Shown in pieces: positions 1 through 10,992 of a DNA stretch of 64,000 bases. The stretch lies in NCBI GenBank assembly GCA_944358675.1, contig CALVRN010000005.1:232-64231 (forward strand), given 5' to 3'. Numbering within the stretch: the stretch's first letter is position 1; each line of letters begins with the position of its first letter. The stretch comes from an uncultured Bacilli bacterium. Its GTDB lineage: Bacteria > Bacillota_I > Bacilli_A > RF39 > UBA660. The notes beneath the pieces were generated by a model. It saw only the letters and a program-made list of their open reading frames with translations. It did not search any database and had not been told where the DNA came from. Made by a program: the position numbers and the translations under genes.

Positions 1-881
1 GGATTTTCTGTTTCATCTTTTACTTCATCTTTAGATTCTTCTGGAACTTCAGGAGTAACTGATGAATCAACTAACACAAATTCACCATTTTCTTCTTTCA
101 TTTCAAAGCCATCTGCAAGATAAGCACTTACATCATGTGAATAAGAACCACCACTTACAGTAACTTTATCTTCTCCTTCATTAAAGAATACTCCTTTATT
201 TGCCTTAAAAGTTCCACCAGTAACTTCTAAAGAAGCAGTACTTGTTGAGCCTTGATTTGTAATTAAAGAATATGCGCCTGTATTTCCTTCACTAATGGCA
301 AATTCTCCACCTTTTATTTCCATTTTACTAGCATTATTTAAAGCCGAAAAATTATGTGCTTGAATAAATTTACCACCTTCAATAACAGTAGTTCCTTCAT
401 TAACTAAGCCGAATACATTATCAGCTTCAGTAGTAATAGTACCACCTTTAACAGTTAAATCACCAGCATTATTTAAGGCTGCACTCTTTTCACCAATAGA
501 ACTAATAAGTCCACCCTCTAAAACTAAAGTACCATCATTTTTAATAGTAGGTGCAGCTGAAGCATTAAGCTTTTTAATAGTTCCAGTTCCTTTGCTATCA
601 ACAATAGTTAAAGTTCCACCATTTTGAATCCAAATAGTTGAACACCCATCAGTATAATTAGTAAGATTAAAACCATTCAAATCTAAAATAACCGTTTCAT
701 CTTTTCTAATTTCAATATCTTGCTTGTCATCACCTTTTAAAGTCAAATACCAAACATTTTCTTTTTGTTCAGAAGTAACATTTCCTCCTATATTATCAAC
801 ATTAATTGCCTTTACTCCCATAAAAGGTACTACCATAAATGCACATACAAATAAACCCAAAAATACTTTTAATTTTTTCAT
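1..881 (-). CDS. Secreted repeat-rich surface protein, N-terminal part (C-terminus outside the window)
   Basis: Absent from the ORF track because it runs off the window. The reverse strand has an SD-like AAGGGAGAG upstream of the ATG at 879-881. It then reads MKKLKVFLGLFVCAFMVVPFMGVKA (signal peptide) and repeated GG-x-F/I turns (IQNGGTLTIV, VKGGTITT, IEGGKFIQ, IKGGEFAI, VTGGTFKA, VSGGSYSH). The frame is open to position 1. Confidence 0.6.
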   Translation of the reverse strand, partial: MKKLKVFLGLFVCAFMVVPFMGVKAINVDNIGGNVTSEQKENVWYLTLKGDDKQDIEIRKDETVILDLNGFNLTNYTDGCSTIWIQNGGTLTIVDSKGTGTIKKLNASAAPTIKNDGTLVLEGGLISSIGEKSAALNNAGDLTVKGGTITTEADNVFGLVNEGTTVIEGGKFIQAHNFSALNNASKMEIKGGEFAISEGNTGAYSLITNQGSTSTASLEVTGGTFKANKGVFFNEGEDKVTVSGGSYSHDVSAYLADGFEMKEENGEFVLVDSSVTPEVPEESKDEVKDETEN

Positions 882-1022
882 TCTCTATCTCTCCCTTCAT
901 CATAATTATAACAAAATAAAATTGCATAAGCAATCAAAACGACATTATTATGAATATTTTGTGAAATAAAATGTAAAGCATCTTTAAATTGTGTTATAAT
1001 TATTAAAGTTAGGGGTGTCAAC

Positions 1023-1871
1023 ATGCATAAAAACGGTAGAATTACAAGAGCTGAATATCATAAAAGAAAAAAAGGGAAAAAAATAAAATGGACCTTTATC
1101 CTTATTATAAGCCTTATTATAGCTGCCTTCTGTATAGTTCAAATATTCCTTTGGAATAAAGATAATAATAAAGTAAATGAAATCACCGAAGACATAAATA
1201 ACGAAAAAATTGTCAAAGAAGAACGTACAGATACTGCTGAAAACATAAACCCTCCAGAAGATAAATCAGATGATTATTGGAATTATATTAAAATGGATAT
1301 GATGTCTGTCAACTTTGATGAACTAAAAAATAAAAACAGTGATACCGTAGGCTTTATCAAAGTAAATGGTACTAATGTTAACTACCCTATAGTTCAAACC
1401 ACTGACAATTCATTCTATTTAAAACATGCTTTTGATAAATCTAAAAACTCTGCCGGTTGGGTATTTGCTGATTACAGAAACGATATGGTCAATTTTGATA
1501 AAAACACGGTCATCTATGGACATAGCAGATCAAATCAAACAGTCTTTGGAAGCTTAAAAAAAGTATTAAATAAATCATGGTATGGTAATAAAGACAACCA
1601 CATTATAAAATTATCAACTCCAACTGAAAACACTTTGTGGCAAATAGTAAGTATATATACCATAAAACCAGAAAGCTATTACATTACAACTAAATTTTCA
1701 GATAGTCAGTTTAAAACATTTATTCAAACAATAAAAGATAGAAGTGAAATTAATTTTAGTGGAACATTAAATGAAAATGATAAAATATTAACTTTATCAA
1801 CTTGTGAAGATGTCGCCGGTACAACTAGGTTAGTCATTCACGCAAAATTAATTAAATTAGATAAAAGATAA
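1023..1871 (+). CDS. srtB: Class B sortase
   Basis: N-terminal TM segment, VGFIKVNGTNVNYPIVQTTDNSFYLKH, catalytic His in VIYGHS, Cys in LTLSTC and Arg in TRLVIHAKL. SD AGGGGTG lies upstream. Confidence 0.85.
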   Translation: MHKNGRITRAEYHKRKKGKKIKWTFILIISLIIAAFCIVQIFLWNKDNNKVNEITEDINNEKIVKEERTDTAENINPPEDKSDDYWNYIKMDMMSVNFDELKNKNSDTVGFIKVNGTNVNYPIVQTTDNSFYLKHAFDKSKNSAGWVFADYRNDMVNFDKNTVIYGHSRSNQTVFGSLKKVLNKSWYGNKDNHIIKLSTPTENTLWQIVSIYTIKPESYYITTKFSDSQFKTFIQTIKDRSEINFSGTLNENDKILTLSTCEDVAGTTRLVIHAKLIKLDKR

Positions 1872-1900
1872 ACCCTTTGGAACTAAAATCCAAAGGGTTT
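1871..1900. terminator. Bidirectional intrinsic terminator hairpin between convergent genes
   Basis: aaccctttgga-N8-tccaaagggtt perfect stem followed by a T run. Confidence 0.5.
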
Positions 1901-1918
1901 TATAATCATTTTTTTAAT

Positions 1919-2572
1919 CTATGCTTCAACATAAGTTATAACGACCCACATATCTTTACGTACAGAATCTAAAGAAGTAGTAGCATTTCTATTGTACATA
2001 GCAGTAACTGTCATATGTGTTGACTCTCCCACTTTAAGCTCATCACCAAAATTAATACCATCTACTGAATAAATAATTTGATCTCCTGGTTTATTATTAG
2101 GTGTAACCTCAATATTTTCAACTTTTGCATTTATTTTACCACTATTTTTTATAGTCAAATCATAAACAATCTTATCACCAGGTCCGGTTAAAGAAACATA
2201 AAAATTAGCTTTAGTACTAGTAAAACTAGGCTTTCCAAGTTCCTTAGCTCCACCAACAACATCACTCAATTGCATATCGACAAAACCAATATTCCATTCT
2301 TTTGCATTACTAGTTTCTTGATTAGCATTAAAAGCAAGCGGTTGTGCAAAAACAGCATACCACATAGTCAAAAGAGCGCCAACAAGAACCAAAGCAATAA
2401 CTATTTTATTAGTTGATTTTTTTGACATTTTTATATGACGATCCTTTGCATCAGTAATTTCATCTGCATGAGGTTCCCATAATTCTAAAGTTTCGATTTC
2501 CTCTTCATCTTTTTTTACCTCATTTTTAACAGTATCATTATCATTAAGGTTATTTTTATCCATAAATACCAT
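1919..2572 (-). CDS. Membrane-anchored secreted protein, function unknown
   Basis: Long ORF with an acidic N-terminus, one TM segment (IVIALVLVGALLTMWYAVF) and a beta-rich ectodomain. No family recognised. Confidence 0.6.
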   Translation of the reverse strand: MVFMDKNNLNDNDTVKNEVKKDEEEIETLELWEPHADEITDAKDRHIKMSKKSTNKIVIALVLVGALLTMWYAVFAQPLAFNANQETSNAKEWNIGFVDMQLSDVVGGAKELGKPSFTSTKANFYVSLTGPGDKIVYDLTIKNSGKINAKVENIEVTPNNKPGDQIIYSVDGINFGDELKVGESTHMTVTAMYNRNATTSLDSVRKDMWVVITYVEA

Positions 2573-2680
2573 CCCTTACTGTTTACTCTAAAATTAGTAT
2601 ATCATAAACATTTCCTTTAAGCAACATTTTAAATTTCATATTTAAATATTTAATACATAAACTTTACTAAAGGAGGAGCT

Positions 2681-3040
2681 ATGAAATATTTAAAAAGGTT
2701 ATTAAAAACAATTACTTATACATTTATATTCTTTGCACTTTTCACATTATTATTAACAACTTTTAATTATTTTAATTTAATAAATTATCAAACCCTAGCC
2801 ATCGGAAAAATAATTATTCCTATATTAACTTTAGGATTTAGTGGATTATTAATGGGTAAAAAAGCTAATAAGAATGGCTGGTTTGAAGGTTTAAAAATAA
2901 GTTTAATCATCGTACTTGTCTTAATAACTATAACGGCTATATTAGGTGAGTTTTCTCCAAAAAAATTAACTTTCTACTTAATATTAATAATATCTGGAAT
3001 TTTTGGAAGTATTCTTGGAATTAATACAAAAACTACTTAA
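2681..3040 (+). CDS. Small integral membrane protein (about 4 TM)
   Basis: SD AAGGAGGAG before the ATG. Hydrophobic throughout. Possibly YrzE/TIGR04086-like, but that is a weak recollection. Confidence 0.6.
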   Translation: MKYLKRLLKTITYTFIFFALFTLLLTTFNYFNLINYQTLAIGKIIIPILTLGFSGLLMGKKANKNGWFEGLKISLIIVLVLITITAILGEFSPKKLTFYLILIISGIFGSILGINTKTT

Positions 3041-3041
3041 G

Positions 3042-4594
<1,553 letters not shown>

Positions 4595-4597
4595 TGC

Positions 4598-4822
4598 TTA
4601 CATATATTTTTGCATTGATTTCATCATTTGATTTACTTGTTTCTGACTAGGAGTTCTTCCCATTCCAGACATCATTGCTTTAATCATTTTTTCATTAATA
4701 GGTGGATTTTCTTTAAGTTGTTTTTTCATTATCTTTTTAGCTATTAAAAATCCGATAATTACACCTACAACTAAACCACCCAACACTTTTAATAAATCTA
4801 ATAAAAATGATCCCCAATCCAT
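4598..4822 (-). CDS. yneF: UPF0154 family membrane protein (YneF-like)
   Basis: N-terminal TM segment followed by [34 protein letters not shown], which closely resembles B. subtilis YneF. Confidence 0.85.
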   Translation of the reverse strand: MDWGSFLLDLLKVLGGLVVGVIIGFLIAKKIMKKQLKENPPINEKMIKAMMSGMGRTPSQKQVNQMMKSMQKYM

Positions 4823-4888
4823 TTTATCTGCCTCCTATAAAGTAATTTTACTAAAAAAACATATAAATAGCAAGCATTTTATAAATTT

Positions 4889-5026
4889 TTAAGAGTTTTC
4901 TACAACCTCTACTCCATTACCTTGGGCATGATTTTGAACTGTTACATTCTCCGATGCACTAATGTAACTAACTCCTAAAATCATTACTACTAAAGCTATA
5001 ACAGATTTACATTTTAAAATTTCCAT
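4889..5026 (-). CDS. Unannotated 45-aa membrane/secreted peptide, LexA-box controlled (candidate SOS division inhibitor)
   Basis: Not in the ORF track. SD GGGGAGGT sits 7 nt before the ATG. Sequence: MEILKCKSVIALVVMILGVSYISASENVTVQNHAQGNGVEVVENS. The promoter is TTGACA-17-TATGAT with a LexA box in the spacer. Confidence 0.45.
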   Translation of the reverse strand: MEILKCKSVIALVVMILGVSYISASENVTVQNHAQGNGVEVVENS

Positions 5027-5053
5027 ATTTCATACCTCCCCTTTGACAATTTA

Positions 5054-5082
5054 ATCATAACACGAACAAAGATTCGTGTCAA
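5054..5082 (-). promoter_or_regulatory. Sigma-A type promoter of the 45-aa ORF (TTGACA-17 nt-TATGAT)
   Basis: The minus strand reads TTGACAcgaatctttgttcgtgtTATGAT. The spacer is the LexA box at 5063-5076. Confidence 0.55.
5063..5076. promoter_or_regulatory. LexA (Cheo/SOS) box
   Basis: CGAACAAAGATTCG against the Bacillus consensus CGAAC-N4-GTTCG, one mismatch. It lies inside the longer palindrome acacgaac-aaag-attcgtgt. Confidence 0.6.
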
Positions 5083-5091
5083 TAGTGTTTT

Positions 5092-5105
5092 CAAACATTT
5101 GTTTG
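5092..5105. promoter_or_regulatory. Second, weaker LexA-like box overlapping the lexA -35
   Basis: CAAACATTTGTTTG is a symmetric variant of GAAC-N4-GTTC. It overlaps the TTGACT (5103-5108) of the lexA promoter TTGACT-17-TAAAAT (5126-5131). Confidence 0.45.
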
Positions 5106-5159
5106 ACTTTTACAAATATATATGTTAAAATGTGTATAGAATAATTTAGGAGGGAAAGA

Positions 5160-5777
5160 ATGGAAAAATTAACTCGCCGTCAAACAGACGTTTTAAACTA
5201 TGTTAAAACATATATTGTATCTCATGGATATCCACCAACTGTAAGAGAAATTGGAAAAGCATTAAATATATCTTCACCCGCAACAATTCATGCTCACCTA
5301 GAAAATCTAGAAAAAAAAGGTTTTATAAAAAAAGAAGGTTCTAAAAATAGAGCCATTGAACTACTTGTTAAAAATGAATTTGAGCCAGAAAATGATTTAG
5401 TTGCCGAAGTACCATTATTAGGTAAAATCACAGCCGGATCACCTATTGAAGCTATAGAAATGCCTGATGAATATTTTGCTCTACCTAGTTACTTACTACC
5501 AAAAGGCAAAGAAGTGTTTACTCTAAAAGTAGATGGAACAAGTATGATAAATGCTGGAATATTAGATGGTGATATCGTTATTGTTGAAAGAAGAAACACG
5601 GCTAGAAATGGTGAAATAGTTGTTGCTATGACTGATGAAAATGAAGTTACCTTAAAAACGTTTTATAAAGAAAAAGGTCATTTCCGCTTACAACCAGAAA
5701 ATGACACTATGGATCCAATAATTTTAGACAATGTTACCATTTTAGGTAAAGCTATTGGCTTATATAGAAAAATATAA
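5160..5777 (+). CDS. lexA: LexA repressor
   Basis: N-terminal wHTH (LTRRQTDVLNYV...PPTVREIG), cleavage region AGSP, and S24 peptidase Ser (GTSM) and Lys (LKTF). SD GGAGGGA. Confidence 0.95.
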   Translation: MEKLTRRQTDVLNYVKTYIVSHGYPPTVREIGKALNISSPATIHAHLENLEKKGFIKKEGSKNRAIELLVKNEFEPENDLVAEVPLLGKITAGSPIEAIEMPDEYFALPSYLLPKGKEVFTLKVDGTSMINAGILDGDIVIVERRNTARNGEIVVAMTDENEVTLKTFYKEKGHFRLQPENDTMDPIILDNVTILGKAIGLYRKI

Positions 5778-5796
5778 CATACTAATTTAGTATGTT
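5776..5796. terminator. Hairpin terminator after lexA
   Basis: aacatact-aattt-agtatgtt followed by a T-rich run. It overlaps the stop of the convergent gene. Confidence 0.45.
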
Positions 5797-6628
5797 ATTT
5801 TATATAATATGTACTAGACATTTTAAATTTATTATCCTCTAATACCAAAGCAATCACATTACCATTTTTAATATCAACCTTCTGTTTTATAGAAGCATCT
5901 AACCAGGTTTGTCCGTTATCTAAACTATACTTATAAGTATAGTTCTTTTTATTATCACTTGGATATTTTATAATAAGCCCATCATCATATTCAAACTCTA
6001 TACCACTTACAACTTTAATTAATCTTTTTCTTACTGTCTCATTGCCGTTTTTATCTCTAGCTATACATGTCACAATATAATCATCAGGAACCGATGACAA
6101 AGTATTATCACAACTAAAACTAGCCTCACCAGTATTATCACTAACGACAACTCCACTTTCTACATCATAACTAGCCGCCTCATCACTTGTTATCGTAACC
6201 GTATCTGGAACCGAAAGATTAGGAGCTATATCATCAGTAACCACTACTACTCTAGTTTTATCTTTATACTCACCATTGTTAGTTATTTCATACTTAACAG
6301 TAAATGTCCCAACTATACTTGTATCAACTGAACTAACTTGTGAATTATCTTTATAATAAGAAACGATTATGTCATCAGATATATTTTTCTTATCAAAATA
6401 TGCTATAGCTCCCTCCTCATTATATTTTTCGTTCACCCTGACATAAGTTAAATAATCACCATTTATATTTAAATTAAAACTATCCTCTTTAACATCAGTA
6501 TTTTGAACAATCTCTTTTGGCCTATTAACATAACTAAATATTCTGCTTATCACAAATAAAATAATTAAACCTATTATAATAACCGTTATAAGCCCAACAA
6601 ACTTGGCCTTTCTATTACTGACATTCAT
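5795..6628 (-). CDS. Membrane-anchored protein with Ig-like (DUF5011-like) ectodomain
   Basis: N-terminal TM segment (FVGLITVIIIGLIILFVI). The ectodomain has segments resembling bacterial Ig-like folds (GTFTVKYEITNN..., DIAPNLSVPDTVTIT). Last gene of the pseudopilin cluster. Confidence 0.55.
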   Translation of the reverse strand: MNVSNRKAKFVGLITVIIIGLIILFVISRIFSYVNRPKEIVQNTDVKEDSFNLNINGDYLTYVRVNEKYNEEGAIAYFDKKNISDDIIVSYYKDNSQVSSVDTSIVGTFTVKYEITNNGEYKDKTRVVVVTDDIAPNLSVPDTVTITSDEAASYDVESGVVVSDNTGEASFSCDNTLSSVPDDYIVTCIARDKNGNETVRKRLIKVVSGIEFEYDDGLIIKYPSDNKKNYTYKYSLDNGQTWLDASIKQKVDIKNGNVIALVLEDNKFKMSSTYYIK

Positions 6629-6640
6629 CTAATCAGCTCC

Positions 6641-7078
6641 TTATTTATTCATGTTTGCAATATTGCAGTCAGATGCACTAGTAATATTTTCATTCACTAT
6701 AATTTCTTTCGCACTTGCTGCTTTTACAACACATGCATGAGCATCATCGCTCCATAAAGCTAAAGTAACTTTTCCATTTTCATCAATTCTAAATTCACCC
6801 GCATCTGGTAAAACACCTTTTGTCTTCAAAACATCTTTTTCTGCTTGGGAACTAGTTTTATAATTAATTAACAATGTTGTATCTTGATTCAAAGCTTGTT
6901 TTTCCGCTTGATAAGTACCAGCTGCTACAACAAGTCCATGAGCAGTGTCTTTAAAAGCATTAATTTTAGAATTTTGAATAACATTTAAAACAATTGGTGT
7001 CGTAATAAGTGCAATTATTGCAATAATTACAATAACCGCAAGTAATTCAACTAAAGTAAATCCTTTTTTATTCATCAT
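6641..7078 (-). CDS. Prepilin-type N-terminal cleavage/methylation domain protein (type IV pilin/pseudopilin)
   Basis: MMNKKGFTLVELLAVIVIIAIIALI is a class III signal (G/FTLxE). SD GAAGGGTGA supports the ATG at 7078 rather than the track start at 7108. Confidence 0.8.
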   Translation of the reverse strand: MMNKKGFTLVELLAVIVIIAIIALITTPIVLNVIQNSKINAFKDTAHGLVVAAGTYQAEKQALNQDTTLLINYKTSSQAEKDVLKTKGVLPDAGEFRIDENGKVTLALWSDDAHACVVKAASAKEIIVNENITSASDCNIANMNK

Positions 7079-7088
7079 ATTCACCCTT

Positions 7089-7451
7089 CTAACTATCTTT
7101 AACCTCATAACTAAATTCTTTATCAGTTATTCTCTTAACACACACCTCTGTTGAAAGAGGAAAATTCTCATCAGTTTTCGGATTCTTTATATCAAGAGGT
7201 AAATAACCTTCCTTCTGCAAGTCATTAATTGTTTTACAAGAAGAATCATTAATATTATCCGGCATTTCACTTAAATGTTCTGCATAATAATCCTGCGCAC
7301 CCTTTTTAATCTGCTCAATTTGGGTATTATATAAATCTTCCTTACCTTGATTAAGCGATCTATTAATAGCTGGAACCGTAATCAAAGCAATAATTCCTAA
7401 AATAGCTATAACTCCAAGTAACTCTGCTAAAGTAAAACCCTTATTTTTCAT
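7089..7451 (-). CDS. Prepilin-type N-terminal cleavage/methylation domain protein (pseudopilin)
   Basis: MKNKGFTLAELLGVIAILGIIALI class III signal. Confidence 0.8.
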   Translation of the reverse strand: MKNKGFTLAELLGVIAILGIIALITVPAINRSLNQGKEDLYNTQIEQIKKGAQDYYAEHLSEMPDNINDSSCKTINDLQKEGYLPLDIKNPKTDENFPLSTEVCVKRITDKEFSYEVKDS

Positions 7452-7523
7452 ATCATCACCTATAATAATGATACCACATTTTAATAAATTTAAAAATAAA
7501 AAGTAACTATTTACATAATTACT

Positions 7524-7745
7524 TTACTCTTTAACTTCAAAATTTTCTAAAGAACCATTCTCTGTCACAATTTTATTAACTTTAGTTTCAATATTTTTTA
7601 ATTCACTATCACATTCTTTAACAAGTTTCATCGCTTCAGTATATTTCTTAATTGACTCATCAAGTGATACATCACCACTTTCTAAAGCTTCAATTATTTC
7701 CTCTAATTCTTTAATTTTATCCTCAAATTTTTTCTCTTTAGACAT
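7524..7745 (-). CDS. xseB: Exodeoxyribonuclease VII small subunit
   Basis: 73-aa helical protein (FEDKIKELEEIIEALESGDVSLDESIKKY) directly downstream of xseA with a 1-nt overlap. Confidence 0.9.
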   Translation of the reverse strand: MSKEKKFEDKIKELEEIIEALESGDVSLDESIKKYTEAMKLVKECDSELKNIETKVNKIVTENGSLENFEVKE

Positions 7746-9016
7746 TATTTCTCCTCCTTGATATCAGTTACTCGCGCATTCACAAGCCCATCAGATAATT
7801 TTATTTTTAATAAATCTTCTTTATTAACTTCTTTAACACTCTTCAAATTTTTATCATTTAAATAAGTAATACTATATCCTCTAGCTAAAATATTTAAAGG
7901 ATTTAATAAATTTAATTTATCAATAATATTTTTAATAAATATCACTTTATCTTTATATAAAAGTTTAGGATTTGTTAAAACATAACTCTTCTTTAACTTT
8001 TCAAGTTCATTTTTAAGTTTATCTACTTTACCTAACATCAAATTATTTAACTTATCATTTATCAAATCCAAACTCTGTTTTTTATTTTCAAACATAACCA
8101 TCGGATTTTTAATTACAAATGAATTTTTAACTGAATCTAAATATAATTTCAAATAATTTACTTTCTTATAAATTGCTTCATTAAGTCTAATAGAAAGTTG
8201 ATCAATATGTTTCTTTAAATCACTCATATTAGGTACCGCAAGTTCAGCCGCTGCTGTTGGTGTTGGTGCTCTTAAATCAGCCACAAAATCCGCAATTGTA
8301 AAATCCACCTCGTGCCCAACCGCACTAATAACTGGAACCTTACTATTATAAATTGCCCTAGCTACTATTTCTTCATTAAAAGGCCATAAATCTTCAATAG
8401 AACCTCCACCACGGCCAACAATCAAAATATCCAAATCATAATCCTGTGCTCTTTCAATATTGCGTGCAATATCATCCTTCGCATTTTCTCCTTGAACTAA
8501 AGTAGGAAACAAAATAGTCTCACAAATCGGAAATCTTCTTTTAATAGTTGTCATAATATCTCGAATAGCCGCACCTGTACTAGCTGTTACAATACCTACT
8601 CTTTTAGGAATTTTCGGAATCGGTCTTTTATGTTCTTTATCAAATAACCCTTCATCTTGTAATTTTTTCTTTAATTGTTCAAAAGCCACATATAAATTGC
8701 CAACACCATCTTCAATCATCTCATCAACATATATCTGATAACTACCCATAGCTTCATACACACTAATTCTACCAGTAACTAATACCTTCATTCCATCAGC
8801 TGGTTTAAAAAGCACTTTACTCGCATTACTTCTAAACATAATCGCATTAATTTTACTAGTTTCATCTTTCAAAGAAAAATAGAAATGTCCTGTAGTATGT
8901 GCTTTAAAATTAGAAATCTCACCTTTCAAAAAAACCGTTTGTAAATTTTCATCAACATCAAATTTTGCCTTTAAATAACGAGTAATCGCACTAACAGTTA
9001 AATACTTGTCATTCAT
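7745..9016 (-). CDS. xseA: Exodeoxyribonuclease VII large subunit
   Basis: Typical XseA N-terminus ([15 protein letters not shown]...[22 protein letters not shown]), the catalytic core [16 protein letters not shown] and a C-terminal coiled coil. Confidence 0.95.
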   Translation of the reverse strand: MNDKYLTVSAITRYLKAKFDVDENLQTVFLKGEISNFKAHTTGHFYFSLKDETSKINAIMFRSNASKVLFKPADGMKVLVTGRISVYEAMGSYQIYVDEMIEDGVGNLYVAFEQLKKKLQDEGLFDKEHKRPIPKIPKRVGIVTASTGAAIRDIMTTIKRRFPICETILFPTLVQGENAKDDIARNIERAQDYDLDILIVGRGGGSIEDLWPFNEEIVARAIYNSKVPVISAVGHEVDFTIADFVADLRAPTPTAAAELAVPNMSDLKKHIDQLSIRLNEAIYKKVNYLKLYLDSVKNSFVIKNPMVMFENKKQSLDLINDKLNNLMLGKVDKLKNELEKLKKSYVLTNPKLLYKDKVIFIKNIIDKLNLLNPLNILARGYSITYLNDKNLKSVKEVNKEDLLKIKLSDGLVNARVTDIKEEK

Positions 9017-9420
9017 CTATCCACCTTTTCATGATAAACTTTATCTAAAACTCCATTTATCATCTTTCTAACACTATCATCACTATATGTTTTTGCAAGT
9101 TCGACAGCTTCATTAATAGCCACCACATTAGGTGTATCAGTATATAAAAGTTCAAAAATTCCCATACGAAGTATTGCAATATCAGTATTACCTAACCTAT
9201 CTATAGTCCATCCATCCAAATATTTATTTGCCAACTCATCTATTTCATTTTTATAAGTAAGAACGCCATATACAATTTCCTTCACATATTCATTATCAAT
9301 TGGACAGACCTCATGAATCACATCATCTACCTTATAATCCATATGATTTTTATCATAAACATTAATTTGATACAAAATTGTCATACATTTTCGCCTAAGT
9401 TCACTACGTGTTTCTGCCAT
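9013..9420 (-). CDS. nusB: Transcription antitermination factor NusB
   Basis: 135 aa with a NusB-like pattern ([10 protein letters not shown]..., [25 protein letters not shown]). Position upstream of xseA resembles the Bacillus arrangement. Confidence 0.9.
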   Translation of the reverse strand: MAETRSELRRKCMTILYQINVYDKNHMDYKVDDVIHEVCPIDNEYVKEIVYGVLTYKNEIDELANKYLDGWTIDRLGNTDIAILRMGIFELLYTDTPNVVAINEAVELAKTYSDDSVRKMINGVLDKVYHEKVDR

Positions 9421-9471
9421 TTAAATCACCTAATTAATTATAACACATATCTAAACAAAAAAATATCCTTT

Positions 9472-10551
9472 TTATTTTTTATAAGGATATCTTTCTCTAA
9501 CCTCTTCGTTATCAATTCCAAATTTCTTTTTAAAATCAGTACTAGACATTACCAAAGAATTAAAAGCCTTATGATCAAACACTACTTTCTTATCTTTCAA
9601 AAAATTCATCCTCGCAAAAGTAAGTTCCACACTCTGCATCAAATAAGATGGTCTATTCAAAACCTCTTTATCTAAACCAACACCACTTAAAATACTAAAC
9701 TTTTCATTTAAACTATCTATAGAATAACTATATACAACTGGTAACTTAACTGTAATAAAAATTGCCTCATCTTTTGAATAACCTCTATTTAAAAAATAAT
9801 TAAACTTATTCATAATATTTTGGACATTTAAAGTATATATTGCTGGATTTATACTTGTTATATGATTAATCTCATCTTCACTATAACCCAAATTAATTAA
9901 ACATCCACGTTTACTATCTAAAGTAGAAATATTCATAACTATAATATCTGGTTTACTTAAAATCATTTTAAATATTCTATCTTTATCATAACCTTTACTT
10001 AAAAAGTAATTATAATTTTCCAAAAGAGCACTCACACTATGACTATAAATTGATGGTATCTTTTTAGTCATCTTATTTATTTCACTATCTTTAAAACCTA
10101 AATCAATAAAAAACTTTCTTTTATTAATTAAACTATCTTTAGAATTACTAAATATACTAGGTACTAAAACTGTCATATCGTGAATATTTTTAGAAGAATA
10201 TCCGAAACCTTCAAATAATTTATATTTCTCCAAAATATAATCATCACTAATTGTAAGTAACTGCGGTAAAATAAGTGTCATCTTTAAAAGCTCATTTGAA
10301 GAAAAACCTAATTTTTTAAATAACTTAAACCTTTCATCTAAAGTCTCGTTTGTATAATTAAATAAAGATGGCAAAAATGTTGTCATAGAAATTATCTCAT
10401 CCCCACTATATCCACAACCTTTAAAATAATTAAAAGTATTAACCACTAATTTTTCTAATGTATGTAAAGAATAACGATTCACCGCATGACTATTTAAAAT
10501 CCTCTCCTGCGCTTTTAAATCATAGCCTAAATTATTAAGTACCTCTGACAT
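9472..10551 (-). CDS. mTERF-like helical repeat protein
   Basis: About 9 tandem copies of a roughly 36-aa unit (G[YF]S..EI..MT...PS[IL]...S...L..K...F). This matches my recollection of the mTERF motif. SD GGGGTGA favours the ATG at 10551. Confidence 0.55.
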   Translation of the reverse strand: MSEVLNNLGYDLKAQERILNSHAVNRYSLHTLEKLVVNTFNYFKGCGYSGDEIISMTTFLPSLFNYTNETLDERFKLFKKLGFSSNELLKMTLILPQLLTISDDYILEKYKLFEGFGYSSKNIHDMTVLVPSIFSNSKDSLINKRKFFIDLGFKDSEINKMTKKIPSIYSHSVSALLENYNYFLSKGYDKDRIFKMILSKPDIIVMNISTLDSKRGCLINLGYSEDEINHITSINPAIYTLNVQNIMNKFNYFLNRGYSKDEAIFITVKLPVVYSYSIDSLNEKFSILSGVGLDKEVLNRPSYLMQSVELTFARMNFLKDKKVVFDHKAFNSLVMSSTDFKKKFGIDNEEVRERYPYKK

Positions 10552-10591
10552 AAAATCACCCCAATTCAAAAAATCTTGGCTTTCACCAAGT

Positions 10592-10954
10592 TTATTTTAA
10601 TGAAAATAAATAACCAAAATGTACATAAATATATAAAATAATAAAAAGTGTCCAACCTAAAATAGGTACAATCGCACATACTAACCAAGAATAAGGATAA
10701 TCGTATATTTCCTTACCTGGAACATTTAATTTTTCACAAACTAAACATCCAATCTTAACCGAAAAAACTAAAAACATAACCAAACCGGGAATAATTCCAA
10801 GCATAAAACCTAAAACCCAGTAATACCATCTAGAATACCAAACTTCTTTTTCATATAAATCAAGTTTATAAGCAATATAAAAAGTGAATAATCCTAAAGT
10901 CAAAACATCTAAAATCAAGTAAATAACAAAATTTTCTTTTTTTAAAGCATTCAT
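10592..10954 (-). CDS. Integral membrane protein (DUF4234-like?)
   Basis: Hydrophobic 120-aa ORF with about 4 TM segments. The family assignment is tentative. Confidence 0.5.
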   Translation of the reverse strand: MNALKKENFVIYLILDVLTLGLFTFYIAYKLDLYEKEVWYSRWYYWVLGFMLGIIPGLVMFLVFSVKIGCLVCEKLNVPGKEIYDYPYSWLVCAIVPILGWTLFIILYIYVHFGYLFSLK

Positions 10955-10992
10955 AACCGTACCCTCCAGACAAAAAAAGATAATAAATTATC

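Noticed and set aside
724-969. 81-aa plus-strand ORF from the track
   Set aside because: It lies antisense to the 5-prime end, signal peptide and SD of the much longer minus-strand surface-protein ORF (1-881). It has low-complexity composition and no SD.
9313-9675. 120-aa plus-strand ORF
   Set aside because: It is antisense across the nusB start and the end of the mTERF-like gene, with an Ile/Phe/Asn-rich shadow composition.
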